64,000 bases of DNA, taken from the NCBI GenBank assembly GCA_963712755.1, contig CAVQIY010000001.1, positions 72,192 through 136,191 on the forward strand, given 5' to 3'. This DNA comes from an uncultured Gammaproteobacteria bacterium (GTDB lineage Bacteria; Pseudomonadota; Gammaproteobacteria; Steroidobacterales; Woeseiaceae). The notes beneath the pieces are model-generated. The model was given only the letters and a program-made list of their open reading frames with translations, did not search any database and was not told where the DNA came from. Positions 60,257 through 64,000 of this stretch are shown in pieces. A program made the translations under genes and the position numbers. Numbering within the stretch: the first letter of the stretch is position 1; every line of letters begins with the position of its first letter.

Positions 60257-62190
60257 GCCGCTTCGCAGACGGCGCCGGCATCCGTCCAGGTGCAGCCGCG
60301 CTCGCGCCAGTAGCCGGCAATGCCGAGCGCCTCGAGCAGGTCCGCGAAGTCCGCGCGCTCGCGCAGCGGCGCGACTTCCGGTATGAACAGCAGGTCCATC
60401 TCGAACACTTCGCCCTCGCTCCGCAGCAGTCGGGCGACTCCCATCGCACCGTCGAGATCGCCGAGCACGGTGCGCGTGATGAACTCGATCTGCCGGCTGA
60501 TGCCGCCCTGCTCCACGGCCGCGTCGACCGCGGCAACCGCGGCATCGCGGCGTGCCGGGTCGTCGAGCGCGGCAAACACCGGGTCGATCCACGCTTCGCT
60601 GCCGCCCGCCATGCGCGCCGCCTGCTGCGTAAGCTCGTACGCCTCGCCGCTGCGTCCCTCGCGGAACAGGAACAGCGCATACCCCATCGTGTGCGTCGAA
60701 CCGCTCGCGCCGAACTTCTCCGCACGCTCGAAAAACGTCTCGGCGTTACCGGTATCGCCGAGCCACAGGTAGGCGAGCGCGACGCGGCTGTTGATCACGG
60801 CCGACGTCGGGTCCATCTCGAGCGCCAGCAGTGCCTGTGCCAGCGACTCATCGAGACGGCCCACCGACGCGAGCATGCGCGAATACCAGTTGAAGGCATT
60901 CGGATCGACTACCGCCGACGACGTGGCCGCGCGGTAGGCCTCCTCCGACTTCAGCCACTGCATCTGCTGGTGGTAGACGAAGCCGAAAATGGCATTCGAC
61001 GCGTCGCGAATACCCGGGTCGGCACGGATGCCCTCTTCGACGGTCGCGATCGCCGCACGGCTCATCTCGTCGGCGGGCGCATCCCGGTAGGTAGGCAGGA
61101 GCACGTACGCCGTCGCCAGCATGAGATAGGCAGGCCCGAAGTTCTTGTCCAGCCGGATCGTCTGCTGGAAGAGCTCGATGGCTTCCTCGAGGCTCTTGCC
61201 GCTGTCCTGGCGCTTGTCGAACGCATACAGGCCGCGCATGTAGCGATCGTACGCGCCGAAGTTCGCCGGCCGCGTCCTGCTGATCAGCTGCTGCGACGAC
61301 TGGCCGAACAGGTCCCGCCGCACCATGCGCGCCAGGTCCTCCTGCAGCTGGAAAATCTCGCTGACCGGGCCCTCGATCCCGGCGGTGGCGACGACGTCGC
61401 CACTACGGCCGTCTTCCACCGTGTAGAAGATCTGCAGCTCGTCGCCCACGCGATGCACGCGTCCCGACAGGACCGCGTCGACGCCCAGGCTGCTGGCGAT
61501 CGACGTCACCTCCTCGCCGGTGTGCGCGACACGGCTGCTCTTGACCGTGAAGTCCGGGATATTGTGCAGCGTGTTGACCAATTCGTCCTTGAACCCTGCA
61601 ACCAGGTAGTTGTTCGCCGGATCCTGGCTCGCGTTTTCGAACGGCATGACGCCGATCGACCCGACGTCGCCGGGCGGCCACAGGCTCCATGCCAGCCACG
61701 CGAGCGCCGCGACGAGCACTGCCGCCGCCGGCGTCTTCCAGCGCGGCGCCGCCGGATGATCGGGCAAGGTGGCCGGTGGCGCGCGTTCTGTCTCGGACGC
61801 CTCCAGCAGCTCGACCGGCTGCATGAGGCGGTAACCGCGGCGGGTCAGCGTCTCGACGTAGCGATACGGACGGGACTTGTCGCCGAGGTGCCTGCGCAGC
61901 TGCGACAGGCAGCGGTTGATCGGTTCGTCGCTTGTCGGCCGGCCGTCCCAGAGTTCATCGACCAGTTCGTCGCGCGTCACGAGATCGCCATCGCGCTTGG
62001 CGAGCGCGATCAGGACGCCGAATACGCGCGGCTCGGGCTTTTCTTCGCGGCCGTCCCGGCGCAGCACGCCGCGCAGGGGCAGCACTTCCCAGTCACCGAC
62101 CCGGAAGCCCTGTCGCAACTCGTCTTCTGTCGGCATCCCGCGTCCCCCTGGCCCCGCCCCGGCGAAGCGCCCGCGCCGATTGTACGGCAT
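60253..62190 (-). CDS. membrane-tethered winged-helix (OmpR/CadC/ToxR-type) transcriptional regulator with periplasmic TolB-N-like and TPR domains
   Basis: 645 aa with an N-terminal wHTH (FGVLIALAKRDGDLVTRDELVDELW...TLTRRGYRL), one TM helix (AAAVLVAALAWLAWSLW), IGVMPFEN and then TPR-like repeats. Confidence 0.75.
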   Translation of the reverse strand: MPYNRRGRFAGAGPGGRGMPTEDELRQGFRVGDWEVLPLRGVLRRDGREEKPEPRVFGVLIALAKRDGDLVTRDELVDELWDGRPTSDEPINRCLSQLRRHLGDKSRPYRYVETLTRRGYRLMQPVELLEASETERAPPATLPDHPAAPRWKTPAAAVLVAALAWLAWSLWPPGDVGSIGVMPFENASQDPANNYLVAGFKDELVNTLHNIPDFTVKSSRVAHTGEEVTSIASSLGVDAVLSGRVHRVGDELQIFYTVEDGRSGDVVATAGIEGPVSEIFQLQEDLARMVRRDLFGQSSQQLISRTRPANFGAYDRYMRGLYAFDKRQDSGKSLEEAIELFQQTIRLDKNFGPAYLMLATAYVLLPTYRDAPADEMSRAAIATVEEGIRADPGIRDASNAIFGFVYHQQMQWLKSEEAYRAATSSAVVDPNAFNWYSRMLASVGRLDESLAQALLALEMDPTSAVINSRVALAYLWLGDTGNAETFFERAEKFGASGSTHTMGYALFLFREGRSGEAYELTQQAARMAGGSEAWIDPVFAALDDPARRDAAVAAVDAAVEQGGISRQIEFITRTVLGDLDGAMGVARLLRSEGEVFEMDLLFIPEVAPLRERADFADLLEALGIAGYWRERGCTWTDAGAVCEAA

Positions 62191-62280
62191 TGCGCGCGCC
62201 GCCGGGAGCGGACTCAGCGACGCGCCCGGCGAGTGTTACGATGATGACTGGCCGAAGCTGAAACGAGTGGGACCGGAAGC

Positions 62281-62532
62281 ATGGAAAAGCGCATCGTGCA
62301 TCGCACCCAGACCGGGGTACGCATCGAAACTTCGCTGCTGAAGGTGCTCAAGGCCCTCGCCGAATACACCAACCTGTCGCTCGGCGACCTGCTCGAGGGC
62401 ATCGTGCTGCACAGCTTCGAGGGCAAGCTGCCTTTTTCACCCGAGACGCAGGCCGTCATCGAGCAGCTCAAGTCGGTGTACGGTTGCACGCTGACCGCGG
62501 CGGACAGCCACCGCCTCGAGGAGCGAACCTGA
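62281..62532 (+). CDS. small conserved hypothetical protein, possibly ribbon-helix-helix-like
   Basis: 83 aa with strongly GC-biased third positions. TGVRIETSLLKVLKALAEYTNLSLGDLLEGIVL has a beta-strand-helix-helix pattern. The RBS is weak. Confidence 0.55.
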   Translation: MEKRIVHRTQTGVRIETSLLKVLKALAEYTNLSLGDLLEGIVLHSFEGKLPFSPETQAVIEQLKSVYGCTLTAADSHRLEERT

Positions 62533-62544
62533 GCCCCTTGGCGG

Positions 62545-64000
62545 CTAGAACAGTCCTTCGATCTCGCCGGCGCTGTTGACGCGGATATTGTCGGCCGCGG
62601 GCTTTCGCGGCAGCCCCGGCATCGTCATGATCGCGCCGCAGATGACGACGACGAACTCCGCGCCGGCGGCGAGGCGTATCTCGCGAACCGGGACGACGTG
62701 CCCCGACGGCGCGCCCAGCAAATTCGGGTCCGTCGAGAAACTGTACTGCGTCTTCGCCATGCACACGGGGTAGCGGCCGTAACCGGCCGCGTCCAACTTC
62801 GCAAATTCCTCGCGCACTTTCTTGTCCGCGATGATGTCGTCGGCCGCGTAGATTTCGCGGGCAACCCGCCGCGCCTTTTCCCAGAGGCTCAGCTCGTCGC
62901 TGTACAGCGTGCGGAATTGCGCCGTGCCGCTGTCACAAAGGGCGGCGACCTGCTCGGCCAGCTCCACGGTGCCCTTGCCGCCGTCGGCCCAGTGCGTGCA
63001 GTCGACCGCGTTCACGCCGAACTCCCGGCAGTAGTGCCTGATGACCGCGGCCTCGGCATCGGTGTCCGCCGTGAAACGATTGATCGCCACGACGACCGGC
63101 ACACCGAATTTGCCGAGATTGCGGATGTGGCGGCCGAGGTTCTTGCAGCCCTTGGTGAGCGCCTCGGTGTTTTCCTTGCCGAGTTCGTCTTTCGGCACCC
63201 CGCCCTGCATCTTGAGCGCCCTGATGGTGGCGACGAGCACGACGGCGTCCGGCCGCAGCCCGGCCTTGCGACACTTGATGTTGAAGAACTTCTCCGCGCC
63301 GAGGTCGGCGCCGAAACCGGCCTCGGTGACGACGTAGTCGGATAGCTTGAGCGCCGTCTGCGTCGCCATCACGGAATTACAGCCGTGGGCGATATTGGCG
63401 AACGGGCCGCCGTGCATCAGCGCCGGGTTGTTCTCCATGGTCTGCACGAGGTTGGGCTGCAGCGCATCCTTGAGCAGGGCGGTCATCGCCCCGTGCGCAT
63501 TGAGTTGCCGCACCGTCACCGGCTCGTTGTTACGCGTGTAGCCGAGCACGATGTTGCCGAGCCGCGCCTCGAGGTCCGCCAGGCTCGTCGCGAGGCAGAA
63601 GATCGCCATGATCTCCGAGGCCACCGTGATATCGAACCCGGCCTCGCGCACGACGCCGTTGTGGTAACCGCCGAGACCGGACGTGATCGAGCGCAGGGCG
63701 CGGTCGTTCATGTCCACGACGCGCCGCCAGGTAACGAGGCGCGGATCGATGTTGAGCTCGTTGTCCCAGTGCATGTGGTTGTCGATCAGCGCGGCCAGCA
63801 GGTTGTGCGCGGCGCCGATTGCATGGAAGTCGCCCGTGAAGTGCAGGTTGATGTCGGTCATTGGCACGACCTGCGCGTAACCGCCGCCGGCGGCGCCGCC
63901 CTTCATGCCGAAGCAAGGGCCGAGGCTCGGCTCGCGCAGGCAGATCGTGGTCTTCTTGCCGATGAGGTTCATGCCGTCGCCGAGGCCGACGGTCGTGGTC
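62545..64000 (-). CDS. fhs: formate--tetrahydrofolate ligase; N-terminus lies beyond the window
   Basis: ORF 62545..63972 contains [42 protein letters not shown], the FTHFS signature. Homologues start about 60-70 aa further upstream, so the gene continues past 64000. Confidence 0.9.
   Translation of the reverse strand, partial: TTTVGLGDGMNLIGKKTTICLREPSLGPCFGMKGGAAGGGYAQVVPMTDINLHFTGDFHAIGAAHNLLAALIDNHMHWDNELNIDPRLVTWRRVVDMNDRALRSITSGLGGYHNGVVREAGFDITVASEIMAIFCLATSLADLEARLGNIVLGYTRNNEPVTVRQLNAHGAMTALLKDALQPNLVQTMENNPALMHGGPFANIAHGCNSVMATQTALKLSDYVVTEAGFGADLGAEKFFNIKCRKAGLRPDAVVLVATIRALKMQGGVPKDELGKENTEALTKGCKNLGRHIRNLGKFGVPVVVAINRFTADTDAEAAVIRHYCREFGVNAVDCTHWADGGKGTVELAEQVAALCDSGTAQFRTLYSDELSLWEKARRVAREIYAADDIIADKKVREEFAKLDAAGYGRYPVCMAKTQYSFSTDPNLLGAPSGHVVPVREIRLAAGAEFVVVICGAIMTMPGLPRKPAADNIRVNSAGEIEGLF

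Overview
GC-rich (roughly two-thirds G+C by eye, not computed), densely coding chromosomal segment. Gene content and synteny look gammaproteobacterial (inference only). All family calls come from reading motifs in the supplied translations; no searches were run.

Gene order:
- class II DAHP synthase (partial)
- a lysine-catabolism pair (saccharopine-dehydrogenase-family enzyme plus ALDH7-type dehydrogenase)
- an asparaginase-domain protein
- nfeD-stomatin
- PepSY / response regulator / histidine kinase
- a glycine-zipper lipoprotein
- mazG-nudL-fumC, then purB, a NUDIX gene and mnmA
- acnA-cobB, DUF2333, and a YgjP-like metalloprotease
- a secreted beta-helix repeat protein beside an ABC-2 exporter
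- tatD, a CBS protein, Crp/Fnr, GNAT and NERD
- thrABC and tRNA-Lys
- the complete ybgC-tolQRAB-pal-cpoB cluster, ruvCAB, yebC, relA and an alanine symporter
- sucA-sucB-lpdA
- a small accessory-looking patch: DUF5658-like membrane protein, cytochrome c, alkB, CPBP protease, small peptide, OMP, FAD oxidase and PLP decarboxylase
- PHP phosphoesterase, arfB, a CadC-like regulator, a small RHH-like protein and fhs (partial)

I see no prophage, CRISPR array, integron or recognisable defence island.

Items most worth a second look:
- A strongly RBS-supported 64-codon gene with a double-glycine-type leader lies tail-to-tail with a CPBP/Abi-type protease. This is a candidate bacteriocin-immunity-like pair.
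- An inverted-repeat-flanked, low-GC, hairpin-rich element of about 300 bp supplies the last codons and stop of a GNAT gene.
- A REP family (TGTAGGAGCGG...CCGCGA) occurs at two loci. One locus includes a 3 x 50 bp tandem array that supplies the lpdA stop codon.
- cobB has no canonical start codon and abuts the acnA stop.
- Single-base frameshifts interrupt mnmA, tolB and a PLP decarboxylase. These are most likely assembly indels.

Many long ORFs in the track are alternate-frame or antisense artefacts of the high GC content and are not reported as genes.
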